A DNA stretch of 64,000 bases, taken from NCBI GenBank assembly GCA_030141605.1, contig JAQGDQ010000049.1, positions 1 to 64,000 on the forward strand. The letters run 5' to 3'. The position numbers and the translations under genes were made by a program. Position 1 is the stretch's first letter, and each line of letters opens with the position of its first letter. This stretch comes from Tubiluchus corallicola. Its lineage: Eukaryota > Animalia > Priapulida. This document shows, piece by piece, positions 1 through 30,447 of this stretch. The notes beneath the pieces were generated by a model, which searched no databases, was not told the origin of the DNA, and saw nothing but the letters and a program-made list of their open reading frames with translations.

Positions 1-1
1 C

Positions 2-841
2 CTTCCTGTCCTTGCCATTGTTTCTCCAAGTCAAAACAAAGTAGTCAGTAATAGTGACAGTGAGACAGTGAGACTGCTGCATGAAATAGCAAGTAAGATG
101 ACAACACTAGATTCTAAAGTAACGAAGATTGATAGAGAGATCGAATCAATCAAGAATGCGCAATCTACGTTAAGTAGCAAAGTCTCGAAAATTGACCAGG
201 AACTGGACGTCATATCAAAATCACAGGAAGTTATTTCTGACATGTTTGATGGTTTTAAATCTGAGCTCGATGCAGCCAATCAAGACATTGCCAGACTTAA
301 AACAGAAAACAATTCGCTTAAAGCAACAGTTAGCAAGCTACAAAAACAGGCACAGACAAATGCAATTGAGATCGACAAACTTGATCAGTACAGTCGTCGG
401 GACTGCCTCGAAATATCAGGAATTCCGGTAATTGAACACGAAAATACAAATGCAATAGTTCTTAGTGTTGCCCGCAATATGGGAATTGCATTATCACCAG
501 AAGAAATTAGTATCTCCCACAGGCTCCCTAAGCCAAAAAAGGGTTACCCTAAAATTATTGCAAAATTCACCCAACGTGACAAACGTGATGCAATGTACAA
601 AGAGAGAAAGAAAGCAGGGAACACATCGACCTTGGATTATTCACGCTATACAGACAGTAAAATCTACATTAGTGAATCACTGACACCGAGACGACGTGAA
701 CTCTTTCGGATAGCGCTTAACTACAAAAAGCAACACAACTTTGCACACATTTGGACTGTCAACGGCAGGATTTTTCTGCGAGCCACTGATAATAGCCAGA
801 AACTTACGATAGACTCTGAGCAAGACCTGGCTGATATATAG
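2..841 (+). CDS. LINE ORF1 protein (coiled coil, RRM-like region, C-terminal domain); 5' partial
   Basis: The frame is open from base 2 to TAG at 839-841. A heptad-rich coiled coil is followed by LDQYSRRDCLEISGIP, ISISHRL, IYISESLT and WTVNGRIFLR, motifs typical of CR1/L2-group ORF1. Confidence 0.88.
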   Translation, partial: LPVLAIVSPSQNKVVSNSDSETVRLLHEIASKMTTLDSKVTKIDREIESIKNAQSTLSSKVSKIDQELDVISKSQEVISDMFDGFKSELDAANQDIARLKTENNSLKATVSKLQKQAQTNAIEIDKLDQYSRRDCLEISGIPVIEHENTNAIVLSVARNMGIALSPEEISISHRLPKPKKGYPKIIAKFTQRDKRDAMYKERKKAGNTSTLDYSRYTDSKIYISESLTPRRRELFRIALNYKKQHNFAHIWTVNGRIFLRATDNSQKLTIDSEQDLADI

Positions 842-886
842 GCCGTCTCATATTTTAATATCTTTGAAACTTAATTCAAGTCCTTT

Positions 887-3800
887 ATGGCAAAATTTCC
901 TTGTTCGTTTTGTAACCATGAATGCAAGCCGACTCAATGTGCTATTCAATGTAATATTTGTCTCTGTTGGAGACACTTAAAATGTTCAACGTTGTCCCTT
1001 TTAGAATTTCGTAATTTAGGCAATAGTAGTGAGCCTTACTACTGTATAAACTGTATTAACATTTTACTTCCATTTCAGGGCTGCGATGACGAGGACTTCT
1101 CAACTATCTTCAGCACGAGTGTTTCTACTATAAGCTTATCTACTTATACTAATCTTTCTTCATTTCTGTCACCCATATGTGAAGATTCTCAAGATCCAGA
1201 CAATTATATAGTACAGTACTCTAGTAAGTATTATTCTTTAGATGCACTAAAACATGACACCAAATTAAAAAACAATACAAATGATTTTTCCTTTGTGCAC
1301 ATGAATACATGCAGTCTTGGCCGCTATTTTTGTGAGGTGCTTGAAACAGTGGATCATTTTCAAAATCCTCCGGACATCATAGCTATTTCAGAAACAAGAT
1401 TACATGATAATACACCCTTTTTCTACAATATACCAGAGTACATTTTTCTTAGAAAAGATTCGCCTACTGCTGCAGGTGGGGTAGGTCTATATATTAAAAA
1501 AATCTTGAATATAAAATTATTAATGAAATTCAGTTTAACTGCGAAAAATATACATCCAACTTACCTCACACTGTTAGCAGAATAGCTGTAGAGGATATAT
1601 GGGTCGAGATAAAAACATCAAAAAATAAAGCACCTATACTAATTGGCGTCGTGTACAGGCACCCCAACAAATCTGTCAGTCACTTTAATGAAGAAATGGA
1701 AAAGATCTTAAACTTTATCAATTCGTCAGGTAGGACAGCTTTTATTTGCGGGGACATAAATATTAATTTACTTCAACATGAAGACATTTCTTCAGTTGCC
1801 AACTATATAAATATGTTGTTCTCAAATAGGTTTCATCCAGTTATAACTCAACCAACTCGCATTACTAACAACTCACAAACCTTAATTGATCATATTTATA
1901 CTAATGAGTTTCAAAATCCCATCACTGCTGGCATCATTCAGTATGAACTGGCTGACCATCTGCCTATCTTTGCAATTGTTAATTCTTCCTATGCATGCAA
2001 AAGTAAGTCTCAAGTACAAATAAGAGATACTAAAAGATTTATTCCTGCAAATTTTCTGAGCGATTTGGGACATTCACTTTCTAACATTTTCAATAGTCAA
2101 CTTAATGTAAATAATACTTTTTCCTATTTCTTGGAATCATTTGAAACCACCCTTAATAAACATGCCCCGATTCGAACACTTAGTAAAAGAGAAACAATAT
2201 CCTTTCGAAAACCCTGGATAACACCCGGAATTTTAAAATCAATCAGAACTAGAAGCAAACTCTATAAATCTCACAAACTTTCTAATTCGCTTTACAAAAA
2301 GACTTATTATAAGGCTTATTCAAATAAACTAAATCACGTTAAGCAAAAATCCAAAAGAGAATATTATGACCATTTGTTTGCTGTAAACAAAAATAATATT
2401 AAGAAGCAATGGAGTACGATTAATAGCCTACTGAAAATTAAAAGTAAAACACAAGTTGCCCCTTCCTATTTAGATAACAATGGTCATACCACAAGTGACG
2501 ATCTCTCTATTGCTAATGCATTTAATAAATTCTTCCAGTCTGTAGGTAGTAATCTGGCCAATAAAATCCCACCCACTTTGAAGACCTACCAATCTTTCTT
2601 AAATGCTCCAAATGATAAATCTGTCTTCTTTTATCCTATCTCTGAACTTGAAATATTGTTGTCTCTTAATAAACTTAAAGAAAATAAATCACCTGGCCCA
2701 GAAAATGTCCTGGTCAAATTTTACAAATTAGCAACTGATTTAATTGTCCCAGTTCTTTGTCGATTGTTTAATATGGCAGTTTCTGAAGGAACCTTTCCTA
2801 ATTGTCTAAAAGTAGCTAGAGTCAAACCACTTTATAAAAATGATTCGCCAAACAACCTATCAAATTATCGTCCAATTTCTCTACTGTCACCAGTTTCAAA
2901 AATTTTTGAAAATATTATTTGTAATCGCATTAACAATTTTCTCACTTCATGTAACATACTAACAAAATTTCAGTTTGGTTTTCGCAAAACTTACTCCACT
3001 TCGTTAGCTACTTCAGAATTTGTTGAAAATATGCTTCTAAATTTAGACAAAAAACTTTTCACTTGTGCAATATTCTTAGATTTATCTAAAGCTTTTGACA
3101 CAGTCCAGCATGATATTCTACTACATAAATTACATATTTATGGCATCAGAGGCCCTGTCTTGGAACTCCTTAAATCTTATTTAACTAACCGACAACAGTT
3201 CACCACTATTAACAATACATGCTCTGATTTGCTAGATATAAACTGTGGTGTACCTCAAGGATCAACTCTTGGGCCGCTGCTTTTCCTGATCTATATCAAT
3301 GATCTTCCTCTTGCTACTAATTTTAACACTCGTCTTTTCGCTGATGATACAAGTCTCTTCCTTACATCTAATAACCTTTCAACTTTACAACATCGCACTA
3401 ACAACGAACTAAAAAAGATTGATGACTGGATGAAAGCAAATAAATTAACTGTCAATTACACAAAAACTAAGTATATGTTAATCAGTAGGAACCTTTCACA
3501 ACAAGACTCTTCCACTTTCGAACTCAAAATTGGCGACATAATTTTAACACAAAGTAGTAGTATAAAATATTATATTGACAACAACATGAAGTGGTCTACC
3601 CATATATCCTCTACAGCAACAAAACTAAACAAAACAGCTGGTATTTTTGCAAAATTAAGACATTTTATTAATTTGCCTGTTTTGAAAATGATCTACCATG
3701 CATTAGTCTATCCGTACCTCCAATACTGTGTGTTGTCATGGTGGCAAACAAAAAAATACTTATTACAACCACTAATAACAGTTCAGAATAAAATAGTTAA

Positions 3801-4172
3801 ATACATGACTTTTGCCAATTACAGAGACCATGCAACATCTTCATACATACACCTTAATTTATTGAAAATAGATGATATTTATAGTCTTGAATTATTTAAA
3901 TTCATGTATAAGTATAATAACCGGCAGTTGCCTGAATTATATACTAACTACTTTACCTTAATCAAAGATGGCACTCTCACTATACTAGGTCCTCAAGTAT
4001 GGGACACTATTTTCAAACACGATTTAACACAGCGTATGGCTTAAATACCTTACAGCACAGTGGAGTTATTTTGTGGAATAGTGTGCCCAATACAATCATT
4101 TCCTCTCCTTCTTTACAAATAGCTACCAAACAATACAAGATATTTTTACTTAGTAAATATTCATTGGCGTAG
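887..4172 (+). pseudogene. LINE ORF2 (PHD finger, AP endonuclease, reverse transcriptase) with two frameshifts
   Basis: N-terminal C4HC3 PHD; APE motifs IIAISETRL, GGVGLYIK, VYRHP, CGDININL, TLIDHIY, ADHLP; RT motifs YRPISLL, FLDLSKAFDTV, GVPQGSTLGP, LFADD. One frameshift is in the A7 run at 1496-1502 and another near 3970. The alternative frame continues HSHYTRSS...LWNSVP to TAG at 4170-4172. Confidence 0.92.
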
Positions 4173-4301
4173 AAAACTAGAGCTTTTTTTTCTCTTTTTG
4201 TGCACGTGTGTCTTTTTGCACTAATGTTTTTCTTTTACTAATGTTACTTTATTAGTAAAATGTATAAATCAATTTAAATGAATTATTCATTCATCGCAGT
4301 C

Positions 4302-4700
4302 TATATCAAAATCGTATTTACATATTATGTTTCCTTGCTATTATTATATCATTTACTTTATTTCAAAATTATTTCAATATTCGTATCAAAATCGTAATTC
4401 CATATTATGTTTTTCTTATGTTTCCTTGCTATTATTACATCATTTACTTTATTTCAAAATTATTTCAATATTCATATCTAAATCGTAATTCCATATTATT
4501 TTTTTCTTATGTTTCCTTGCTATTATTACATCATTTACTTTATTTCAAAATTATTTCAATATTCATATCAAAATCGTAATTCCATATTATGTTGTCCTTA
4601 TGTTTTCATACTATTATTACATCATTTACTTTATTTCAAAATTGTTTCAATATTCATATCAAAATCGTAATTACATATTATGTTTTTCTAATGTTTCCTT
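4302..4700. repeat. Tandem repeat of about 91 bp (about 4.5 copies) in the LINE 3'UTR
   Basis: ATCAAAATCGTAATTCCATATTATG...CATTTACTTTATTTCAAAATTATTTCAATATTC recurs near 4305, 4385, 4475, 4566 and 4657. Confidence 0.9.
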
Positions 4701-4757
4701 TTTCATTGAGTCATCTAAAAAAGCACGCATAACTTTATTAATTTTTTCATTCAAGTA

Positions 4758-4797
4758 AGGTGAGTGTGTTAATGACCGTATGGTCGTACACTCACCT
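4758..4797 (+). other. LINE 3'UTR stem-loop (putative RT recognition element)
   Basis: AGGTGAGTGTG...TACACTCACCT encloses the inner hairpin GACCGTATGGTC, about 65 bp before the polyA signal. Confidence 0.6.
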
Positions 4798-5559
4798 CAC
4801 ACTACTCAAATTATTTTATTTATTGTTTATTTATGTGTATAATAATGTATTTTGATGTGTGGAATAAAATTCATAGTTCATAGTTAGAGTAGCTTGTATC
4901 TGCACAAGATTTTGCAATGCAAAAAAGTATTGAAGTCACTTTTTGTAAAATTGACAGCTGTTCAAACCCGCTAAGGTATTATGAAACTTGTGAATGTTAT
5001 GAAAGGTGTTGTGAAACCGCTTGCTTCAGGTGAATCTGCCCTGCTCTGGCTATTGAATTAAAATTTATAACACTACAATAAAACATGATTAATAAAAGAA
5101 TCGCTAATAAGTTTTGAAGAATGGTTAAAGTGAATAGATAGATCTAGAACTAGAGAAAGGATAGTGAAGAGACTATAAAGTCACCTAGTCTGCTATCCTT
5201 TGCCGAATATAGATAAAATGATTTTTAGATACTGGTGGGCATTAATGTTATCAGTCTAATTTAGGAAACGTTAATAATTTTAAAATTATGACATTTGCTA
5301 TATAATTGCTCAATCTTGATTAAACTACAAATTGCTATTAGATTCTATGTGAAACACAGGTCAAAAATGTTATGAAATGATAAAAACACTTTGGGTTGAT
5401 AATGCAATTAATCAACAACAGGAGTTAAATACATTTTGATTTGAGTTCAACGTCATTATTTCTAGGCAATCGGTGAACAACACCTGAAACTTTACTCATA
5501 AAATAGTACTGCAGTATGACTTTAATAATTACTCTGCTGTAAAGAAGAGAAGAAAGACA

Positions 5560-6242
5560 GAGTATTTACTGATATTTAGGATAATATCTGTAATGGCCTG
5601 TGGATTAATTAATTTGTAGAGTTATAAGTAACAGCATTCAAAGTACGAATCGGTAGCTCGTTATTCAATAATTGAGAAAAAAATTAAATTGAGTATTAGA
5701 GTACATTTTTTGAGCCACAGATTCATGCCATGCTGTAGTATTTTCAGTTTTATGAATATTAATGTAGTTAGGATTATTAAGTTAGGTAAAAAAAATAGAA
5801 TAGTTGAGTAAGTTAATAGCAATTTCTTTTTAAGTTTAGAGATCAAGATATACTGTTAGAATCTTTGATATTACTGTTCAAGCAATTCCAGAATTTAACA
5901 GCTTTATATTTTATAGTACTTAATCCATGAACGGTACAGAATCTGGGCGTAAAATATAGACCACGAGTGGCAGATCTAGTTTCGTAGTTATGGATTTCAG
6001 ATATGGTAGTAAAATAGTTAGAGAATAGTTCAGGTAAATTCTTATTTACAAAACGATACATGAATTTAGCCAGCTCTAATTCGTAAATTTCATTAAGTTT
6101 TAACAGTTTAAGTTTTTCATAAGAGGGTGTAGCATGAGCACGATATGGGCTAAATGTAATGATTTTCACTATCTTAATCTGGGCTGTAATGAGTGGTTTT
6201 AGACAGATGTTTCTGGAGTACCAAAGCACAGGATACAATACT
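5560..6242 (-). mobile_element. 5'-truncated CR1/L2-group LINE (ORF2 C-terminus and 3'UTR remnant)
   Basis: The translation LKPLITAQIKIVK...YELELAKFMY...HNYETRSAT...KFWN parallels the C-terminus of the ORF2 at 3750-4170. Confidence 0.85.
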
Positions 6243-6542
6243 GGAGATAAGGATATGTAAAGCATTCCTCATAATAACCAGAGGCTCGTTATAACAGGCC
6301 TCGTTATCAGTGGGTTATACTGTATAAAAGTTTGAGAAAATAGTGAAAACACTGTCTTACATGCTATACACGCATGGCCAAAATATATTTTACATTGTGA
6401 AAGTACAGTATGTAGGCTTCAGACTTTTAATTCTGCTGTAAGAAACATAAAGCAAAAATATGCCTTGGTAACATTTCAAACCATTCAAAATGTAGTAGTC
6501 CTTCACAAGCAATGACAACACTGGAAGCTTTTTACAATTTTT

Positions 6543-23111
<16,569 letters not shown>

Positions 23112-23279
23112 TGTAAATCTGTAAAGAATTAAATTAAATTCTTGCATGGGTCCTCTGTAGATGAATGAGCTGCATGACTCCTCCTAAAAATGTGAAAGGA
23201 AAAAAGGAAATGTTTTTCCAACTATGCAAGTGGATGATAAGACCTGCGTAAGAATGCGGAAACGTAATGTTAACAAGCC

Positions 23280-23660
23280 CAGCTCGGAGATGCAAGATTG
23301 GAGGCAGTACAGCGGAGAACATCAAAATTACTGATACAAGGAAAGGATCTACCTACTCAGCAAAACAAAAGTTTCTAAACTGGCCATCATTCCATTACAT
23401 GAGTCTACCATATTAATAACAATATTGAAAATGTTGCTGCAGAAAGTTTTTTTCACAAAAGCTACTTACATGAGGACCGGAGGGCGCACAAAAAAGCTAT
23501 TTAAAAAACAAAACAGATTAAACCTCAAGCTAAACTCTTTTACCAGATGAGTAATAAACATATGGAATGAGCTGCCACAGGTACCCACCGATATCAAAAC
23601 TGCAAACAGCTGTAAGGGAGAAATCAACAAATCATTGCACTATCTCAAATATGCATACAT
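23280..23660 (+). mobile_element. Degenerate CR1-like LINE 3' remnant
   Basis: The broken frame reads ...RAHKKLFKKQNRLNLKLNSFTR*VINIWNELP, like a CR1 ORF2 C-terminus. Confidence 0.55.
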
Positions 23661-24270
23661 GTAACACTGGCGAAAAGCCTCTAAATCCTTGTATAAGAGA
23701 AAATATTTTCATCTTTTAGTGATGTTATGTATGGGTAAAATAGGCTTTTGGACCTTACGAAGAGCTCTAAGGCAAATGTGTTATTATTACGGTCTAGACC
23801 ACATACTAAGAACAGAAAAACATTGGCAGACTGTAGGAACTACAGACACTCCGGACATAGAATGCTGAATCATTTTGGCCTCACAACCATAATTACCACC
23901 TAAATTATGTTAGCACCTAAAATACAAAAGCAAGATAGCAGAAGTAGTGTTAAAGTGGTAAACTACTAAAACGGTATACATCCTAATCAGACTGACTAAA
24001 TCATTTGCCTCAATCATTATGACTGTGTGTCATAAAATAAAAAAGACACAGGAACAAAAAGGAAAGGAATACATCGCATTAACACTTAGATGTAAAAATT
24101 TTCATTCACAAAATTATCGAGAAAAAAATGAATTTTACACAAAGGTGTTCATACGATACTATACGGCTCCAAACTCAAGTTTACACTGACGCCGAGCCGC
24201 AATAACAATATTCTTTGTTATCATGGGACATTCTACGTTTCTTGGAGCTTACAGATATATGAGTAGTAAG

Positions 24271-27200
24271 TAGGGGTGAGCATTCTCTACCAGAAAGCGA
24301 ATACGAATCAAATCGGATTTCTGACTTTCGAATTCGAATCGAACCGAATTTCTGCCCTTTACCAATATCACTGATGACGATGAATTCAAATCAATCACTA
24401 GGTATTGTAATATTGGATCTATAATAAACAATAAATTACTTAATTTAAATTTATTTGAAAGTAATGACATATTCGACTCTTTACCCAAATACCCATTACT
24501 GATCTGGATCCAGATTAACACTATTTTAACGGACTAAATAATATTAAAGCCAGCAAATATTATGATGACCCACAATTCAACTCTCTAATTAACAATTTAA
24601 AATTTAAATCTCTTTTGTCCGTTTTACATTTAAATGCGTAGTTCACAAAAAAATTATGACCACTTATGAGCCTATCTTCAGTTACTCAATATGAAATATT
24701 CAATTATTGCATTAACCAAAACATGGTCTGCTGAGGAACATGGCATATTATGTAACTTACCAGGGTACAAATTAGCAAACAATAATCATACACATAAAGC
24801 TGGTGGTGGTGTTGCCATATTTATTTGCCAGGAATTAGCTTTCACTGTTTTGAAGCAGTATAATTTTTTCTGATAAACATATAGAATCATTATTTAAAAC
24901 TATAAAAATATTATAATAGGCGTTATTTATTGACCACCAGGTGAAAATCCTGTCACGTTTATTGATAAACTTACAACAACAATCAATCCATTAAATTGCC
25001 AATTTAAACACTTAATTATTACAGGTGATTTCAATATAAATTTAATAAATCATGCTACCCACAATGATACAAATTACTTTTTACACTTGAAGCTTTATTT
25101 TTCTTGTTATTATTCAACCGACAAGAATAACTAGTCTTACAGCCACTCTCATAGATAACATATGGACAAATAACTTGGGACATAATCACATAGCTGGTAA
25201 CTTATTGACTGATATATCTGACCACTTGCCAAATTTTATGATTGCTGATTTTAATCTAGACTTAACTGATACACGGTTTATCAAAAAAATTTTATATAAT
25301 GAAAATGTCATGGAAAAAATATTTCAGATTTATCAAATATATCTTTGAACGAAATTCTATTAAACAATAATGACCCCGATTCACCATATGAGAAATTTCA
25401 TGAAATGGTAAGCAATGAAATGGTTTACCATACTCGCGTCAAAACTTCAGCCAACCAGTCACTACCTAAAATAAAAAAAACCTTGGGTAACTAACGCTAT
25501 GTTAAAAAGCATGCAACATAAAACAAACTTTATCAATCTGTGCTTAAAAACAAAATCAATAAGGAACAATATACACAGTACAGAAATCAACTTACTAATT
25601 TGATAAAATTTTCCAAGCAAAATTATTATCAACAGAAATTATTAACTTATGAAAATAATATTTAAAAAACCTGGAATGTAATGAACGAATTGATGCATAA
25701 ATCTCGTGAATTCGTGCCTGCTTCTATAAAAGTAAATGATCATTTAACTAACGACAAAAATATAATTGCTAATGCTTTTAATGATTACTTTGTAAACATT
25801 GACCTTTCATTATCAAACAACATTGAACCTACAAATACTGACCCAAATTCTTATCTTAAAGGAAATTACCAACATTCCTTCTTCTTTCAACCTGTAGCTA
25901 AAGATGAAATCATTAGAATCTGCAGTCATTCCGTCCAAATAAATGTATACCGGTATTGATCAGCTCTCTCACAGAATAATGTTTGATACTATAGAATATA
26001 TTGCTATACCTTTAACCCATATTATTAATTTATCACTTACCTCTGGAATTGTCCCTAATAACCTAAAGCAATCCATAATAGTTCCTATTCATAAAGCTGA
26101 CGATCCGCACTGTATAAATAATTACAGGCCCATTTCATTACTGCCATGTTTTTCGAAAATTATTGAGAAATGTGTGTCTTCGCAACTTACAGATTACTTA
26201 CATAAACAAAGCATATAAATAACGCACAGTATGGATTTCATAAAGGCAGTACTACAGAAATGGCTTTAATTGATATGCTGACCAACATAATTAGAGATTT
26301 TGAAGATAATAAGTTATCTGTGAGTATATTCTGTGATTTGTCAAATGCTTTTGACACTTTTGATCATAAAATTTTAATTAACAAATTTTGCCACTATGTT
26401 ATAAGAGCTGTTGCAAATAATTGGTTTGTAAGTTACCCATCTGGCAGGTTACAAGCAGTAAAGTATAATAACTATATATCTAATTCAAAATTAATATCTT
26501 GTGGTGTTCCACATTAGGTCTATACTTGGTCCACTCTTGTTTCTTGTGTACATCAATGATATAAAACATTGTATTAATAATGGAAATATCCTGTAGTTTG
26601 CTGACGATACCAGTTTAATATTTAAATATTATAATACTGTTAATGAAGCAGAAATAAACAATGAATTGTAGCAAATATATGGTTTAGGAGTAATAAATTA
26701 TCACTTAATGCTTTCAAAACTAAATTTGTAGTTTTTAGATCAAGAAACAAGAGAATGCCAAATTTGACATTACAAATTGAAAATAGTAATATTCAACAAG
26801 TAAAACAAATTAAATTCTTAGGTATTGTCATACATGAACACTTAGACTGGCAATCACATATCTCTTACATCAGACTCAAAATTGCTAAAAATATAGGCAT
26901 CATTAGTTACATCAAACACAGTCTTTCGAAAGAACACTTACTAATCTTGTATAATAGTCTGGTTTTACCTTATCTCAATTACTGCAGCATAATTTGGGGC
27001 CCTACCTATCCATCTAAGCTGAAATGCTTAATAACGTTGCAACGAAAATTTTTAAGGTTAATGTATGGCCTACACAAACGTAATGTAGTACCTTTACTTC
27101 GTTACCGTGAATGTAGCATTATGCAATTAGATGATTTAAAATTGAATATTGCAGTGTTCATGTATAAATGCAATAATAGGTTATTTCCTAAGTTTATTCA

Positions 27201-28099
27201 ATTCCTGTCAAATTGGCATCTAAGAGACATAATACAAGATATAATCAATACATTGTGCCTTTCTGTAGAACCAACATACCTAAACATTTTATAACATTTC
27301 AAGGACCAAAAGTCTGGAATGAGATTTGTCAATCCACAAAAATAGCAGATCTATTACTAGATTTAAAACAAATGCTAAAAAATCAAATTTTAAGTAAGTA
27401 TCAGTGAATAATCAAAACTTCTATCAGTATCCATCCTCACAGTGGTGATATCTTAATCAAGTTATCTTAATTTGCATACTATTAACAAATAATAGTTTTT
27501 CTATCTTTTATATCATCTCATATATTTGCTTCATTCATTACATCATTCCATTCTGAAGCACTAAATGGTTTCTTTGTCATACGATTCACTTCAAATTTTC
27601 AGATTATTGTCATTACTTTTTTTTCTTTCACAGTGTGGGAAAATCTAACAAGCCCTCTTTTTGATTGCCGCAACACATTTACATTTGTATATAGGTGAAT
27701 AGTGTGTGAGGCTTTTCTTGTGCAGAAACAATAAAAACTTATTTGTATTATGTTCATTGTAGGCCCCTTCGCTATATATTGTACATGAAACTATTGTAAA
27801 TGTGTAATGTGAAATAAATGACTTATGACAGTATTTCGAATCCGAATCGAATTCAAATTGAGTTTGAAAGATTTTCTAACAAGTTTTCACACCAATAGTA
27901 AAAAGTTATTAACTTTGTTCTGCAGTAAAACCGCTATTAGTTTGTTAAAATTTTCACCAGAAACTGCAGCTAAATTGCATGCTGTTTCAAACATTGCAAT
28001 GATAAAGAACACATGTGGCTGAAATGTTGAATTATTCGAATCTATAATTTTAGGTTCGAATCAAATTCGAATTAAAAAAACTCGCTTGAATCGAATTCG
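24271..28099. mobile_element. TAGGG-terminated MITE split in two (24271-24352 and 27829-28099) by a LINE insertion
   Basis: The two halves join to match the reverse complement of the intact copy at 35152-35538. Confidence 0.8.
24353..27828 (+). mobile_element. Degenerate 5'-truncated CR1/L2-group LINE (APE-RT pseudogene)
   Basis: It starts at LPFTNITDDDEF (compare LPFQGCDDEDF in the first LINE). Fragmented motifs include GGGVAIF, YRPISLLP, DLSNAFDT, GVP, FADD and KFLGIVI, with many stops and frameshifts; AATAAA lies near 27813. Confidence 0.92.
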
Positions 28100-30447
28100 T
28101 AGAGGGTCAGTTATCACTCGTTTGGTTCATTTTAGGGGCTTTTAGCACACCGAACTAATGTAATACACGTCCAGTTTTATTTACTGATTACTGGTTGCTG
28201 ATTAACCACAGGTTAAAAGGACACAAAAACCTCATAACAATTAATAAAAAAAATGACAGAAGACACGTACGACATTTTAACGCTATACACCCACAATGGA
28301 GCCTGGACTATCTTCGCTGAAAGTGAAAAAAACAAAAGCGCAAATCATGACACAGTAAACTTTAATACTACTTTTTGGTTTTGTAATTTGAGTGCTTTCA
28401 CTGAAAACCACGAAAAATTCACGTTGAAGGAATGAAAATTTAATACAATCACAGAAAAAGCACAATCACCCCACATGCAGTAAATAATAGCCCTGCACAA
28501 GATAAAAGTACTAATCTCAAAAAAATAGAGGCAAGAAACATAAAGTGTTACAATACCATTGAGGTAATAACACAAGAAAATATATTATGACATCTAGGGC
28601 AGCAGAAAGCGTCTGCCCGGAATTCGTATTTTGAAAATGTAGGCAAACTGTCTTGTGGTACATTTCACTACACTAAACAAGAAAGACAATTTTGGGATAA
28701 ACCAGTTGTAATGTCTTTACAGAAGCAGGGAATAACAAAAAAACTGTTCTTCAGTGATTTAAACTGGAAAATAGTCTCAAAGTTGCCCAAGAGTAAACTA
28801 ATTATGGAGACTGCTGCATTTTAATTATAGAGCATTACTAATTATTTTGTTTCACTCGTTTTAATGTTTAAATCTATCATTTTAATTAATAAGTATTGTG
28901 TAGCATGCATCTACACATGGTGAGGAACACATAACAAGAACTATAAAATCCCAGCAGATAATTTATGCCAACAGTTTTAATGAACGAGAGTCATAATAAT
29001 AATCCATAATCCTGATGAACTAACCTGTCTCGCAACAGCCAGTTAACAAAGGGAGGCAAGTCCCAACTCAAAAGGACTAAATCTAACTCACCTACTACAG
29101 TGTTAAATAATTTAGAGAGAAATTACTGCCAGCAAGGTTATATCATCTCATATTACATTGGTACCACCAATTGTATGATATGAGCCTTCAAGGTCTAAGC
29201 GACTGGAAAATGGAAATTTCGAACAGCCAATGCTTATTGATAAAGACTCGTAATTTAAAAACAAAAAACTCTATTTCTCATTTTTATTCTAAACATTCCA
29301 ACAATAAAATGTCAATCTAGTACACTGCACATGAACAATAAAAAAACGTATAACCTGATAAAGAAACAACAACATTGAAGTTAACTTTGAAGCTTTAGTG
29401 GCTTGAATTGAACAGATATTCATTTTCCATCTTACATATTCAGCAGACAGTAAATTATCATACTCTGTTACAATACTAGAAAAGTGCTTTTAAAACGCAT
29501 ATACCGCATGTAACTTGTACATGTCAAATCAGATAATGATATTAAATAATTACAAAGTGAAATTCATCAGTAATAGGTTTCCTTCAATAGACAGCATTGT
29601 TAATCTTGCATAAACTAAACACTTTTGCCATTGTTGGATAGTATATACAAACAGCTATGTAAGCACTAATTTATGCTCGTAAACATCTTGGGTTTCAAAA
29701 ATTAGGTAAATTAGCATAAAGCTGCAAGATAACCTAGGAAATACGCGACACCGGTATTGTGACATGCACTGGACTATTTTTGGAAAAAGTGCTATAGATT
29801 AATACATTATAAATATCATACTGGATACATACATAGAAGTACAATTACTAAATTTCCCATTATCACGAACAGTTCCTGAAATAAATATTGCACTAATGAG
29901 ACATTACGTCTACATGTTGCTTTGGTTTCCAACCATAAAGTTAAACTGCACCACTCATTACTTAAAACAAAATTTTAATTGCATAATGTGATATTTTATA
30001 TTGGATTAGTAATGTGATAAACTATTAAAACAATGTCAGTTTGGACTTGAATTAAAAATTAACAGTATGAAAAATGCAAAAGAAGTTTTTTAATTCGAGC
30101 TTAAATGTCTCCCAGAGAATATTACACAAATTGAAACAAAAAGTAACTACCAATTATTCTCTTTTTCTGTATTAAATGCTATCATATCAAGTATTTCCAC
30201 TACTATAATAAACAATGAGCCTCAATATATAAAAACATCAATGTGATGCTGATGATCCATTATTCAGCAAAAAAAATTTACATACACTCTGTATTTGAAA
30301 CAAATGGTGTATCTTTCTTTGTACTCATATAGCATGATGTTAAAAAACGTAAAACGAAAAGGACGATGAACTGCAAATGTTCACAAATATACTTGCATCA
30401 TCGCCCCTCTGAACATTTCACAAGTATTTGGTTACAGAATATTTAAT

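Larger units (their letters stand above)
1..4886 (+). mobile_element. Near-intact non-LTR retrotransposon of the CR1/L2 group (Crack/Kiri-like); 5' end lies outside the window
   Basis: ORF1 is followed by a PHD-APE-RT ORF2, a 3'UTR with a tandem repeat and stem-loop, AATAAA at 4863 and a short TTCATAG repeat tail (4870-4886). Confidence 0.93.

Noticed and set aside
1490-1510. Programmed -1 ribosomal frameshift in LINE ORF2
   Set aside because: The in-frame context ATT AAA AAA ATC is not a proper X XXY YYZ site and lies mid-endonuclease; a homopolymer indel is more likely.
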